Below, piece by piece: positions 40,476 through 51,973 of a stretch of DNA of 64,000 nucleotides (positions are counted from its first letter, which is position 1; every line of letters begins with the position of its first letter). Below the pieces are notes generated by a model. The model made no database searches. It saw only the letters and a list, made by a program, of their open reading frames with translations, and had not been told where the DNA came from. Source of the DNA: Octopus bimaculoides (lineage: Eukaryota). The position numbers and the translations under genes were made by a program. Location of the stretch: positions 181,233,261-181,297,260 of the forward strand of contig NC_068981.1 in the NCBI RefSeq assembly GCF_001194135.2, in the 5' to 3' direction.

Positions 40476-40623
40476 TACAATTCTTTTTTTTATAAGTTTA
40501 TGGCAATTCAATGCCATACAAACAATTACTTGAGAAGAGTTTCAACAAAAACAATAATTTGATCAATGCAAACAAGTTTCCATAAATATAACAATGTCAG
40601 GAAGATTATCAAAACATGATTAC

Positions 40624-40764
40624 CAGAATACTGTGGAGGAACTGTGTTAATTTGAGATGGGATTGGAGCTGCCATTGGAGGGGCAGCAGGCATTTGTTGA
40701 TGTTGAACTGGCGGTGGTGGTGGAGGTGGCGGCGGTGGCTGAAGACCTTGAGGTTGGGGAGCAG
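40624..40764 (-). CDS. RBM33: RBM33 exon: poly-Pro (AAPQPQGLQPPPPPPPPPPVQ...PQYS)
   Basis: Acceptor atatgcag, donor gtaatc; 141 nt, phase 1 to 1. Confidence 0.87.
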
Positions 40765-41119
40765 CTGCATATATGGAAAAAGAAAAAAAAGAAAGAGAGT
40801 CAACTGTAATAAAATACATGATGATGATCATTTCTTTTATTCTTTTCCCATTTACTTTTACACCAATCACACTATTACAATATCTTTCTAACACCTACAC
40901 CAGTCACGGGCAAACTGTGGCCCATGGGACTTTCAGAATGGCACACTTAATGAAAAATTGCCTTGAATTATTTTAGTAGAGCAGCCCACCTGATGGTGAG
41001 CAATATCTTATGCAGCATGCTTCTTGTAAAAGTAGTAATTCTTAAAAAATAATTTGAGTGATTCCTAAAAAACAAACAAATGAACTAAGTCTGCTGTTTC
41101 ACCAGGTCATTCTATCACA

Positions 41120-41455
41120 ATATCCAGTGATAAAGGAGAAATATGACTGGCACTCCATTGGTTATGACGATGAGTGCACCAGTTGATCCGATCAATGAAA
41201 CAGTCTGCATGTAAAATTAATATGCAAGTGGCTGAGCACTCCACAGATATGCAAATCCTTAATATATTTCTCAGGGGGATTCAGCGTGACACAATGTGAC
41301 AGAGCTGGCCCTTTGAAATATAGGTACAACTCATTTTTACCAATTGAGTGGACTGGAGCAATGTGAAATAAAGTGTTTTGCTCAAGCACACAATGTGCCA
41401 TCAGGAATTGAACTCACCACCTTACAATTTTGAGTCAAATAACCTAAGCACTAAG
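41120..41455 (-). mobile_element. tRNA-derived SINE family 3 (also 47730-48060 +, 52670-52830 -, ~3390-3500 -)
   Basis: Head with gagttcaattcc; core ttgagcaaaacactttatttcacattgctccagtccactca. Confidence 0.72.
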
Positions 41456-41799
41456 AGAAATAAACATCAAAAAAGGAACTCTGACTTGGTGATATACATT
41501 GAGATAGTTTTGAAACTACAGCTGATTTTTCCCATTTGTACATCCATTTCTATTTGAAATATCAGTTGTATATTATTTATTGCTTTAATTTCTCCCTTAA
41601 TAAGATAAGTACAGATGTGGTTGTGTCATTAGGAAGTTTGCCTCTCAACTACATGGTTACAGGTTCAGTCTCCATTGCACGGCACTTTGGGCAAGTGTCT
41701 TTGACTATAGCTTTGAGGCTGAACAAAGCCTTGAGAGTGGATTTGATAGATGGAAACTGAAAGAAACCTCTGTGTGTGTGTGCATAGAAAAAGAATAGC

Positions 41800-41960
41800 C
41801 TGGGCAAAGTTTAGAGAGCTGGTGACAAAGGGTCTCTTGCTCAGAGTGAAAAGTAGACTGTATTACACGTGTGTGAACAGCCATGCTACATGGCAGTGAA
41901 ACATGGGCCATGACTGCTGAGGACATGTGTAAACCCCTCTGATCCATGCAAGCATGGAAA
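41800..41960 (+). mobile_element. RTE LINE ORF2 fragment
   Basis: Reads AKFREL..TKGLLLRVKSRLY...MLHGSETWAMTAEDM; same family as 57455-58410. Confidence 0.7.
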
Positions 41961-42526
41961 AAAAGAGGTCAATGTTGTATGTAAGTTGGGTTGTGTATTC
42001 TCCAGTGACTGCAGAACGACATGCACAATGAGTATTGGCTGCAAGACAAAGTTTGCCAAAGCTCTGCTTAATATTAATTTAGTCATTTGGTTGTACCTAG
42101 ATACTGGAATGACTTTGTGTGACATCAGTGGGCAAAGCACACTTTAATATAAAATTCTTTGCAGGGGAAAGAATGTGATCTGATAGCACAACGACAATTC
42201 AAACCCAATGTCTCCTATGTACAAAAGGCAAGGGAAGAGAACTTTTAGTATGTTGAGGCAGTGGTCCTCAAACTTTAGCAGATAAACAACAGATGTTGGC
42301 TTTGTCCACTGTTTATTTTCAAAACTAAATGAAGGAATTCAGTTTAACTACTGACCTCTAGAAATATTACAGAATAGTGATGAGTAGCAAATTATTTGAC
42401 ATGATCTGTCATAATATTTCTGATAATCAGCAGGGGCAATCTAACAAGTACATCACTGAGGTTAGCATCAGAATGGGACAGTTAAAACAATTGAAAGAAA
42501 ACGTGGGCAAGTAGAAAGATCTTGAT

Positions 42527-42670
42527 CAGGCATGGGCATCCCTTTTCGAGAAGTGGGCCACCTGAGATATTGCTCATCATCAGGTGGGCTGCAATACTAA
42601 AAAACTTCAAGTTAATTTTTCATTTAGGCATGCCATGCACAAAGTCCCATGGGCTGCAGTTTGCCCATGA
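42527..42670. mobile_element. hAT-like MITE; inverted related copy at ~40899-41030
   Basis: caggcatgggca...tgcccatg ends; its reverse complement aligns to gggcaaactgtggcccatgggacttt...gcagcccacctgatg at 40.9-41.0 kb. Confidence 0.6.
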
Positions 42671-42893
42671 ATATTCTAGATGGATGACATTTGAGGGAAA
42701 GGCGCTTAAAGTAATAGGATTAATAACTCATCCGAAAAGTGAGATATGAGAGTTGAATTGTGTGACAGTAAGTGGGAGCAGAATCTTTGAAGTAATAGTA
42801 GTAGCAATAATAGAAGACACAAGGAGAGTCTAGACAGAACTTGAACAAAGTACAAAGTTTGAATTCAAAATTTAAAATAAAAAGGCTACTAAC

Positions 42894-43038
42894 CTTGATA
42901 TGGCTGTGAAACAGGAGTGTAGTGTGTCTGTGGATGCATCATTGGTTGGGTATTTGGAGCATAAGAATGTTGTTGGGGTGCTTGTGCTGCTGCTGCAGGA
43001 GGCCAAGCTTCAGCAGGATTAGGCTGGACATAACTAGT
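42894..43038 (-). CDS. RBM33: RBM33 exon: TSYVQPNPAEAWPP...SQPYQ
   Basis: Acceptor ctctcaacag, donor gttagt; 145 nt, phase 0 to 1; needed to bridge the phases. Not in the supplied ORF track on this strand. Confidence 0.87.
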
Positions 43039-43333
43039 CTGTTGAGAGAAATCAAAACATCGTTATTTCTTTATTATTTTAATGCCTACTTTTCCATGCT
43101 TGCATGGGTTGGATGGAGTTAACTGAGGCAGATTTTTGACAGTCAGATGCCCTTCCTGTCACCAACCCACATATTACCAAGAAACGAAAAATTTCCTCAT
43201 GGCCAAACATCTTTTTGCAAAATATTGGAAATGAATGACACAGCTTGTACGACAGTGACAATCATTTACAACTATCAAGTGACATCAAGACAAGGAGACA
43301 CAAACACGCACACACCTAAACATACAAATTAAT

Positions 43334-43687
43334 CTGAAGTGATGCAACATCCCCTTTTCTTCCTGGGAGAACAAAGCATCAGAATGCAGGACCTGGCACC
43401 AGTCCTGTTTCTCTTCAGTTCAAAGATTTGAGCAAAGTCGACTCCAACATTGGGACCAACTTCATGTAAGCATGAAGGCATGCTGGCAAACCGCTGCTCT
43501 TTTAAATGAAAACCTTACCTGTCATTGTGGATTTGTGGCATGAAGCAAAGAAGGCCTTGCAGTCTACTGAAAAAAACACATACTGAATGATCCACTCACA
43601 CTCAAGCAAACTGAGTCCTCAACTTGTTCCATTTGCCAAAAGGTTTGCAAGACAGCAGCAGGCCTCAAAAGACACATTCGTGAATGA
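43334..43687 (+). mobile_element. RTE-clade LINE ORF2 C-terminal fragment with two degenerate C2H2-like fingers
   Basis: Translates as LK*CNIPFSSWENKASECRTWHQ...VQRFEQSR...TCHCGFVA*SKEGLAVY*KKH...CSICQKVCKTAAGLKRHIRE*, with in-frame stops. Confidence 0.75.
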
Positions 43688-43941
43688 TATCACAGGAGGT
43701 GGTTGGCTTTCAATTTTAGCTCCACAGAAATGTGGATTAATGAGTATTTTATGGCCTTGTTGTTGTGAAGGGTTACTATTGGTAGGGGCCATCACAACTG
43801 ATGCAGGTGCTGCTAAAGGTGCTGATGACGTCATAGACACTGGCTGGGTGTAATGATGAGGGACTGCAGACGGGCTGATTGGTTACTACATTCGGATGCT
43901 GCGGCTGTGGTTGCTGATACATTTGGCATGGATGATGCATT
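43684..43941 (-). pseudogene. Intronic duplicate of part of RBM33 exon 45884-46716 (pseudo-exon)
   Basis: Direct repeat of 45964-46223; by hand about 13 substitutions plus 2 deleted nt (~94% identity); INPHFRG changed to INPHFCG. Confidence 0.92.
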
Positions 43942-45883
43942 TTTTACTGAACCCTCATTTGTTGTTCACAAGATATTCCATCATATACATATATACAGTA
44001 TAAAGAGGGGATCAATTAACTAGATCAAGGAAAATTAACAGTGAAGCACATTGTGTAGTGTAGACAGTTTATTCTGAAAACTCCAGCTAAGCTTATAAGA
44101 AAAGCACATGCATTCAGTATGTGACATTGGTAATGATTCCATTATTGGAGCTGTTTCTAATTCAAAATTTAATTTTGTCTTACTTGTGCGGCACTGGAGC
44201 ACTTCAGCAGATAGATTTTTACACGATTTGCATATATACCTCAGACCAGCGATTTGAATTCGTTTCGAGGATGACTCAGGTATATAGTAGTGTTGAGCTG
44301 AAATAACAGTGAAAGATCAATATCCACCATTTCTTCCCCTTAAGGAGCAATTTGTTTTGCCTGATTTTGAGGCCTTGTGTTTTTTAACACTCGACATTTT
44401 AAAGGGATTGACCCTGGATGAAATTCTACACCAGGCTCCAAAAAAACATACATCAAGTATGTGACATCAGTAATATATATATACACACAAATGAAAGGCT
44501 TCTTTCAGTTTCCATCTACTGAATCCACTTCACAAGGCTTTGGTGGATCTAGAGTTATATAAAGTACAAGGCACTTGACCGAGGTGCCATGCAGTGAGAC
44601 TGAACTCAAAACAATGTGGTTGGTAAGCAAAAGTCTTAACCAGACAGTTTTGTTTTCAGTTAAAGTTGAAAACAAAGCAGTACATGTGTAGAATGCAATG
44701 AATAATGTTATCTTAACAGTTATGTCAATTATTGTTATTGATTGGTTGCAGGAGAGTCCTATGGTCAAAGGTGCCTTAGCCAATTCCTTTTTTGTATATA
44801 TCTCAGACTGAATTGTTCATTACTGCTTCTATAGTTTGTGTCTATTACCCATTTCATAAATCTCAAAGAAAACAAATTACACATTAATGTTTAGCTTTAA
44901 GTTAGATCTGATCAAGTAGAGGGCATATTTTGGATTACACTGACCAATATATTCTCTATTTTTGGATTACACTGACCAATATGATACCTATTCCTAGCAT
45001 ATCAAGTGACTATTAGCTTTTATTTCTTTTAGTCATTAGACTGAATTGACACCAGTACTTTCTTTTTTTAGAGCCTGGTACTTATTCTATTGATCTCTTT
45101 TGCCGAACTACTAAATTACAAGGACATAAACAAACCAACACAGCTTGCAAGTGGTGGTGGGGGACAAAGACATACGGATACCTAAAGATATGCACGCACA
45201 CATACACATATATGTGGCACCTATGCTAGTGGCATGTAAAAGCATCCATTACACACTCAGAGTGGTTGGCATTAGAAAGGACATCCAACCGTAGAAAACC
45301 ATACCAAATCAGACTGGAGCCTGGCACAGCCTTCCAGCTTACCAACTCCAATCAAACCGTCCAACCCATGCCAGCATGGACAACAGACATTAAATGATGA
45401 TGATGATGATATATAAACCAACCAAATTCACTCTCACAAAGCCTGAGACTATAATAGAAGACTCTTTCCCAAGGTACCACACAGTGGGACCGAACCCAGA
45501 AACTCACCATACAGCCATGTCTGCACCTATCTAGAGGTTCACTTGATAGTTCATGTTATATTTAATTATTCTATGATGGGGAAATTGTTGGAGCAATCAA
45601 TCATATATGAAGCCATTCTCTCAGCTAATCTTTAGTTGTAAAAAAATCTGTGTGTGTGTTAGCAAGATTGAGACAAGCAGAGTAATGTACCTTGTACAAA
45701 CAGTGCAAATGGAACTTTTGCCAATTTCTTCAGTAAATCCTGAACTGTAATCTCACAAACTACCGATGCCCCCAAAACATGGAAACAAAAGCAATTGAAG
45801 CTACATAACCAAAACTGCAACAAGATCATTTTTCAAACTGAAAAGTTAACAGCAAAATGCATTGAGAAACAAGTGTGAAATAC

Positions 45884-46716
45884 CTGCTGTGCAACTGGTT
45901 GGTAATGTCGATGTCTCTGCTGTGGTTGTTGCATCATTGGAGTAGATGCAATAGCAGACGATGATGGTATCACAGGAGGTGGTTGGCTTTCAAGCTTAGC
46001 TCCACGGAAATGTGGATTAATGAGTATTTTACGTCCTTGTTGTTGTGAAGGGTTACTATTGGTAGGGGCCATCACAACTGATGCAGGTGCTGCTAAAGGA
46101 GCTGATGACGTCATAGACACCGGCTGGGTGTAATGATGAGGGACTGCAGACTGGGGTTGATTGGTTACTACAGTCGGATGCTGCGGCTGTGGTTGCTGAT
46201 ACATATGGCTTGGATGATGTATTACCTGAGGAGTAGAAGGAGGGTTAGGAGATGGAGGGGGATGCTGGGGAACTTGAGGGTGATGGTGTTGTTGCTGTGG
46301 TATGTGTTGTTGTTGGTGGTGGTGATGCTGCTGCTGATGATAGATGTGTTGTGGTGGTGGTGGTGGTTGTTGCTGCTGTGCTTGGGGCTGTGGCTGCTGC
46401 TGTTGCAGATGAGGTTGATTTGCATTGTGATGCTGATTGTAACTTCCTCTTCCTGTTATTGTGATGGGGTAGACCTCAGTCTCAGCAACAGTTATGTTTG
46501 GATTGCTCTGGACTTTATAACTGCCAGGTCTCTTGTCAGTCAGATGTGAAGGCGGTTGCATGCCGGAAGCAGTAGTATTGCTTGTCCAAGTGTTGTACGT
46601 TGCTTGCCTGGGATGCACTCTGTTATCATGTCCTCCGCGGTAACCACGCCTTCCACCACGACGGTTTCGCTCATTTAAAAATTGATCAATTTGTGCTTGT
46701 TGTTCTTCACTTATCT
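45884..46716 (-). CDS. RBM33: RBM33 exon: EISEEQQAQIDQFLNERNRRGGRRG...Q/H/P-rich...ILINPHFRG...VAQQ
   Basis: Acceptor ctaattcag, donor gtattt; 833 nt, phase 1 to 0; carries the INPHF motif (human IHINPHFKG). Confidence 0.93.
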
Positions 46717-47044
46717 CTGAATTAGAGTGAAAAAAAAAATCATTAGATTATTAGAATTTTGATGATTAACATGGAATGATTGTGAAAATACATTTATATG
46801 CTTCTTAAAAAGATGTTTCTGAGAATCATTAACCAAAATATCTAAGTTAATTATATATTTTCTTAAGATTTTAAAATTAAATAAAAAATAACAAAGGATA
46901 AACATGGATGTTTGAATCAAGCCTGAAATCTTACAGAAGCAAAAACAGAAATTGTGAAGCAAAACCTTTATAATACAACTTAAACACTAGAAATGCTCTA
47001 TATTATCTACTCAACTACTGTACCTACCATTTACAAATTGGTCA

Positions 47045-47516
47045 CACTTGTGCTGGTTGCATGTAAAAAGCAACATTCAAGTGTGGCCAATGCCAATGCT
47101 GTCCAACTCGCACCTGTGCTGGTGGCAGGTAAAAAGCACCATTCGAGTGTGACTGATGCCAGTGCTGCCTGATTGGCACCTGTGCCGGTGGTACATAAAA
47201 AGCAACATTCAAGTGTGGCCAATGCCAATGCTGTCCAACTCGCACCTGTGCTGGTGGCAGGTAAAAAGCACCATTCAAGCATGGTTGATGCCAGTGCACG
47301 TAAAAAGCACTATTTGAGCGTGGTCGATGTCAGTGACACCTGACTGGCTCCTGTGTTGGTGGCACATAAAAAGCACCCATTACACTCTTGGAGTGGTTGG
47401 CGTTTGGAAGGGCATCTAGCTGCAGAAACCTTATCAGATCAAATTGGAGCCTGGTGCAGCCTCCTGGCTTGCCAGTCTTCAGTCAAACCATCCAACCCAT
47501 GATGATGATGATGATG
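47045..47516 (+). mobile_element. RTE 3' end with 66-bp VNTR (132-bp dimer) and (GAT)n tail
   Basis: gcaacattcaagtgtggcc at 47070 and 47202; same downstream box and tail. Confidence 0.85.
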
Positions 47517-48680
47517 GGGATTATAGGAAATTGCAGAGTTTATGCCCCCCCCCCCCNNNNNNNNNNNNNNNNNNNNNNNNNNNNNNNNNNNNNNNNNNNN
47601 NNNNNNNNNNNNNNNNNNNNNNNNNNNGCCACCTGACCGTCCACGAAAGAGACTCAGAATTGGGCATGATTTGTTCTGCCAATTTACAAATTTAAATGTA
47701 TAGCATGTCAGTTTTGACAGTGCTTGGCAGTGCATGGCTTAATGGTTAGGGTGTTGGATTTGTGATTAGTAAGATTGTGGTTTCAATTCCTTGACTGGGT
47801 GATGTGTTGTTCTTGAGCAAAACATTTCATTTCACATTGTACCAGCCCACTCAGTTGGCAAAAATGAGTTACCATGTGACTGACTGTCTAGAAGGAAGTA
47901 TTTATGCCAGAGAATCTGCGAAAAGGTCCTATGTGTCTATGACTTGAGAAGGAACTTTATCCCTTTTTTGACAGTATGCCAGATATTCAATCGACTGAAC
48001 TTGCTACTCAATGGTGGCTGAGTATTCCACAGACACTTGTACATGTAACATAATTCTAAGGCAGAACCAACTTTACAGCTAATGAACATCCAACTGGCTT
48101 CTACAGTTTCTGCCTACTCAATGTCCATCTCAAAACTTGGATTGACTTGAATGTTATGGTAGAAAACACTTGCCCTAGATGCCATGCATTGGGATGGAAC
48201 CCCAGATCTCATGATCATGTGGCTAACATTTTAACTATTCAAGAAAGCTTTTATCTTTCACTTGTTTCAGTCATTAGACTGTGGCCATGCTGGGGCACCA
48301 TGTTGAAGGGTTCGGTTGAACAAATCAACCCGTGTGTTTATTTTTAATCCTGCTACTTGTCTCACTGATTGATCTCTTTTGCCAAGCCACTAAGTTACAG
48401 GGACATAAACAATCCAATAAGTCATCAAACAGTGACGGGGAACAAACAATGGACACACACACAGATAATAGTTATCCACACAATTTTTGTCTAGCAAATT
48501 CATTCACAAGGCATTAGTTAGTCTGGGGTTATAGTAGAAGACGCTTGCCTAAGCCGCCACACAATAGGGCTGAACCTGAAACCACATGGTTACAAAGTGA
48601 GCTTCTGAGCCACACAGCCATGCCCAGCAGAACTATGATAACCAACATAAGTTCACAGAAAAAAGAAGAAAAAAAATTAC

Positions 48681-48825
48681 CCAATGTATCTGGAATGTCT
48701 GTTCTTGTTTTAGGCTTAGTAGTTGCAATAGAGATAATGTTAGAGCGTTCGCTGATGAAACGACCTCGTCCTTTCTCCTCGTCTTCACTCTCACTGCTCT
48801 CCTCAAAGCCTTTAATAGTTTTGTC
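48681..48825 (-). CDS. RBM33: RBM33 exon: DKTIKGFEESSESEDEEKGRGRFISERSNIISIATTKPKTRTDIPDTL
   Basis: Acceptor ttacag, donor gtaatt; 145 nt, phase 0 to 1; matches human ESDEEEEDDEESGRLRFKTERK...NIPETL. Confidence 0.92.
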
Positions 48826-49104
48826 CTGTAACAAACAAAATTTCAATAAAACATTAACAATATTTTCACATTTGAAATAATTTTCTGTTTATATTTCTTG
48901 CTTAAATCTACTAGTACAGACAAACCACCCCCAGAATTCCATAGCTCACTTCTACTTTAATAACAAAACCATAAGTTCATGTGGCTGTTTCCTCTATTGT
49001 TATGTATACCATTTCAATTTGCTCCCTAGCATATATATAGGGGAAAAGTAAAAAGAAACAAAGAAAATGCACACTAGGTATAAAAGTAATGGCTTTTTTT
49101 ATAT

Positions 49105-49399
49105 CATCATCATCATCATCGTTTAACGTCCGCCTTCCATGCTAGCATGGGTTGGACGATTTGACTGAGGACTGGTGCAACCGGATGGCAACACCAGGCT
49201 CCAATCTAATTTGGCAGAGTTTCTACAGCTGGATGCCCTTCCTAACGCCAACCACTCAGAGAGTGTAGTGGGTGCTTTTACGTGTCACCCGCACAAAAAC
49301 GGCCACGCTCGAAATGGTATCTTTTATGTGCCACCCGCACAAGAGCCAGTCCAGGGGCACTGGCAACGATCTCACTTGGCTTGCCGGGTCTTCTCACGC
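49105..49399 (-). mobile_element. Young RTE 3' end
   Basis: Near-identical to 54212-54528. Confidence 0.88.
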
Positions 49400-49618
49400 A
49401 TACATACAAATAAATGATCTGAGGGGAAATTAAGAAGTATAAAAGCCATTATTATGAGTTGACATAGCAAGTCATACTGTTTCGTCATTGCTGTTCACTG
49501 ACTGTTGATTCAAAGTCAGTGAACAGTGATGATGAAACCAGTATGACTTTCTATATTGAACCATAATAGTGATTTTTATACTTCTTAATTCCACCTCAAA
49601 TCATTTATCTGTATGTAT
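49400..49618. repeat. 219-bp imperfect palindrome (fold-back, possibly a MITE)
   Basis: Arms of ~104 bp, ~85% identical by hand, with a 10-nt loop at 49504-49513. Confidence 0.88.
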
Positions 49619-49742
49619 ATATCTTTGTTTTTATTAAAAAAATAGGTAATTACTTTTATACCTAGAGTGCATTTTCTTTGTTTATTTTTACTTTTCCACT
49701 ATTTATACCACATGGAGTCTTTTTTCTTTGAAATCTGTTTCT

Positions 49743-49793
<51 letters not shown>

Positions 49794-50729
49794 TAAATTC
49801 TTCAGTTCTCTCTACAGATGTTGCAGATTCATGGCTTTGGTATTAGTTGATTCATTTATTACTTGTTTCAAATGAACTATTCTATGCTAAGTGACAGAAT
49901 GAATTTATATCATAGCATCAACACACACACACACANNNNNNNNNNNNNNNNNNNNNNNNNNNNNNNNNNNNNNNNNNNNNNNNNNNNNNNNNNNNNNNNN
50001 NNNNNNNNNNNNNNNNNNNNNNNNNNNNNNNNNNNNNNNNNNNNNNNNNNNNNNNNNNNNNNNNNNNNNNNNNNNNNNNNNNNNNNNNNNNNNNNNNNNN
50101 NNNNNNNNNNNNNNNNNNNNNNNNNNNNNNNNNNNNNNNNNNNNNNNNNNNNNNNNNNNNNNNNNNNNNNNNNNNNNNNNNNNNNNNNNNNNNNNNNNNN
50201 NNNNNNNNNNNNNNNNNNNNNNNNNNNNNNNNNNNNNNNNNNNNNNNNNNNNNNNNNNNNNNNNNNNNNNNNNNNNNNNNNNNNNNNNNNNNNNNNNNNN
50301 NNNNNNNNNNNNNNNNNNNNNNNNNNNNNNNNNNNNNNNNNNNNNNNNNNNNNNNNNNNNNNNNNNNNNNNNNNNNNNNNNNNNNNNNNNNNNNNNNNNN
50401 NNNNNNNNNNNNNNNNNNNNNNNNNNNNNNNNNNNNNNNNNNNNNNNNNNNATGAGCTCAACACCCTTAACAATAGGCCACATGGTTTGATTTATTATTA
50501 AAGTACTGATGGGAGAATCATTAAGTAAATATACAATAAGGTACACTGATTGGCATGGAACAATAGAATTGTTTGGAGAATAACTCAGAGACACCATTAG
50601 CATGGAAGACAATAGTTCAGCTTCTTTGCATTTTTTAAACTTTTTTAAGCAAGTACACTACTTATATTCAGAGTAACAGGAAGTTGCAGAAGAGTACATT
50701 AAACAAACAGAAAACTGTGAATTATCATT

Positions 50730-51125
50730 TACTCTTTTACTTGTTTCAATCATTTTGACTGTGGCTATGCTGGAGCACCACCTTTAGTCGAGCAAATCTA
50801 CCTCAGGACTTATTCTTTGTAAGCTTAGTACTTATTCTATCAGTCTCCTTTTACCGAACCACTAAGTTACGGGCACGTAAACACACCAGCACCGGTTGTC
50901 AAGCAATGTTTGGGGGACAAACACAGACACACAAACATATATATATATATATACATATATATGACGGTCTTCTTTCAGTTTTCGTCAACCAAATCCACTC
51001 ACAAGGCTTTGGTCGGCTCGAGGCTATAGCAGAAGACACTTACCCAAGTTGCCACGCAGTGGGAATGAACCCAGAACCATGTGGTTCGTAAGCAAGCTAC
51101 TTACCACACAGCCACTCCTATGCCT
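50730..51125 (-). mobile_element. tRNA-derived SINE family 1, full bipartite copy (also 59885-60286; head-only copies e.g. 26977-27140, 33800-33950, 41615-41770; tail part 22450-22660)
   Basis: A-box-like TGGCTGTGTGG and B-box-like GG(G)TTC; head and tail joined by a (TA)/(TG) microsatellite. Confidence 0.8.
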
Positions 51126-51844
51126 ATGTTTGTTTACTTTTGTACTGAAAGTTTGGTCAAAGTGAAGCATTTAAGAAATTAAAGGTGTTAGAATAGAAAA
51201 ATAATTACACACATGCATTGCTTTCTTTTATTTTAGCTATATTACTTACCTTAGTTTAAAAATCTACATATTCTCTATTTAATTACTTAACCCTTTCAAT
51301 ACCAACTCAGCTGAAACTGGCTCAGGCTCTGTAGTACAAATGTCTTATTTTCATAAGTTTTGAATTAAAATCTTCCACCAAACCTTAGTCACAGTTTATA
51401 TTCCTAACACTAGCTTAATGATAACTAAATTATTTTACTAAATTATTTTACTAAATTATTTGTTAAATTAAAATTAAATGAAAGAAAAACAGATCATCTC
51501 AACAGAAATATGATAACAAAAGAGTTAATTCTGTGTCTGAAGAATTTCTAATAGGAAATTCTCCATATATCTACCTAATATGTAAAACTTTGTAATTTCT
51601 ATTAGAAAATGAAACACGTGTAATGGTGAATAAATAACAGTAAAACATTTTCCAACTTCTTGTTTTGCAATTCTCTATTTCATGTGGACTGGTCCAAAAT
51701 ATCTACTTTCCAAATAGTTGCTCTCCAAGACAAGTAGTTTCAGATACTTCTTAATAAGAAAATATAAACAATTTACTACTAAACAGCATCAAAGATTAAT
51801 TGCTAGCAGTGAAAGGTGAAAGTATATAAAACAAAATTACAAAC

Positions 51845-51973
51845 CTCGTAGTCTTCTTCTTGGCTCTGGAATGATTCATAATCATTAACAGGATGGTTAT
51901 AGCTTTCAGTTCCTATTTCACTGATTGACTGTCCACTGATGTTTGAAGCAGCAAAATGTTCAGCATTTCCATC
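51845..51973 (-). CDS. RBM33: RBM33 exon: DGNAEHFAASN...SQEEDYE
   Basis: Acceptor cacag, donor gtttgt; 129 nt open, phase 0 to 0; acidic. Confidence 0.75.

Noticed and set aside
44926-44982. ~24-bp direct repeat with period 32, and a 14-bp palindrome at 16271-16284
   Set aside because: Small local duplications expected by chance or slippage.
46133-46549. Plus-strand ORFs opposite RBM33 exons (also 32288-32527, 40616-40891, 48545-48880)
   Set aside because: Antisense shadows of low-complexity coding exons; no independent splice or homology evidence.
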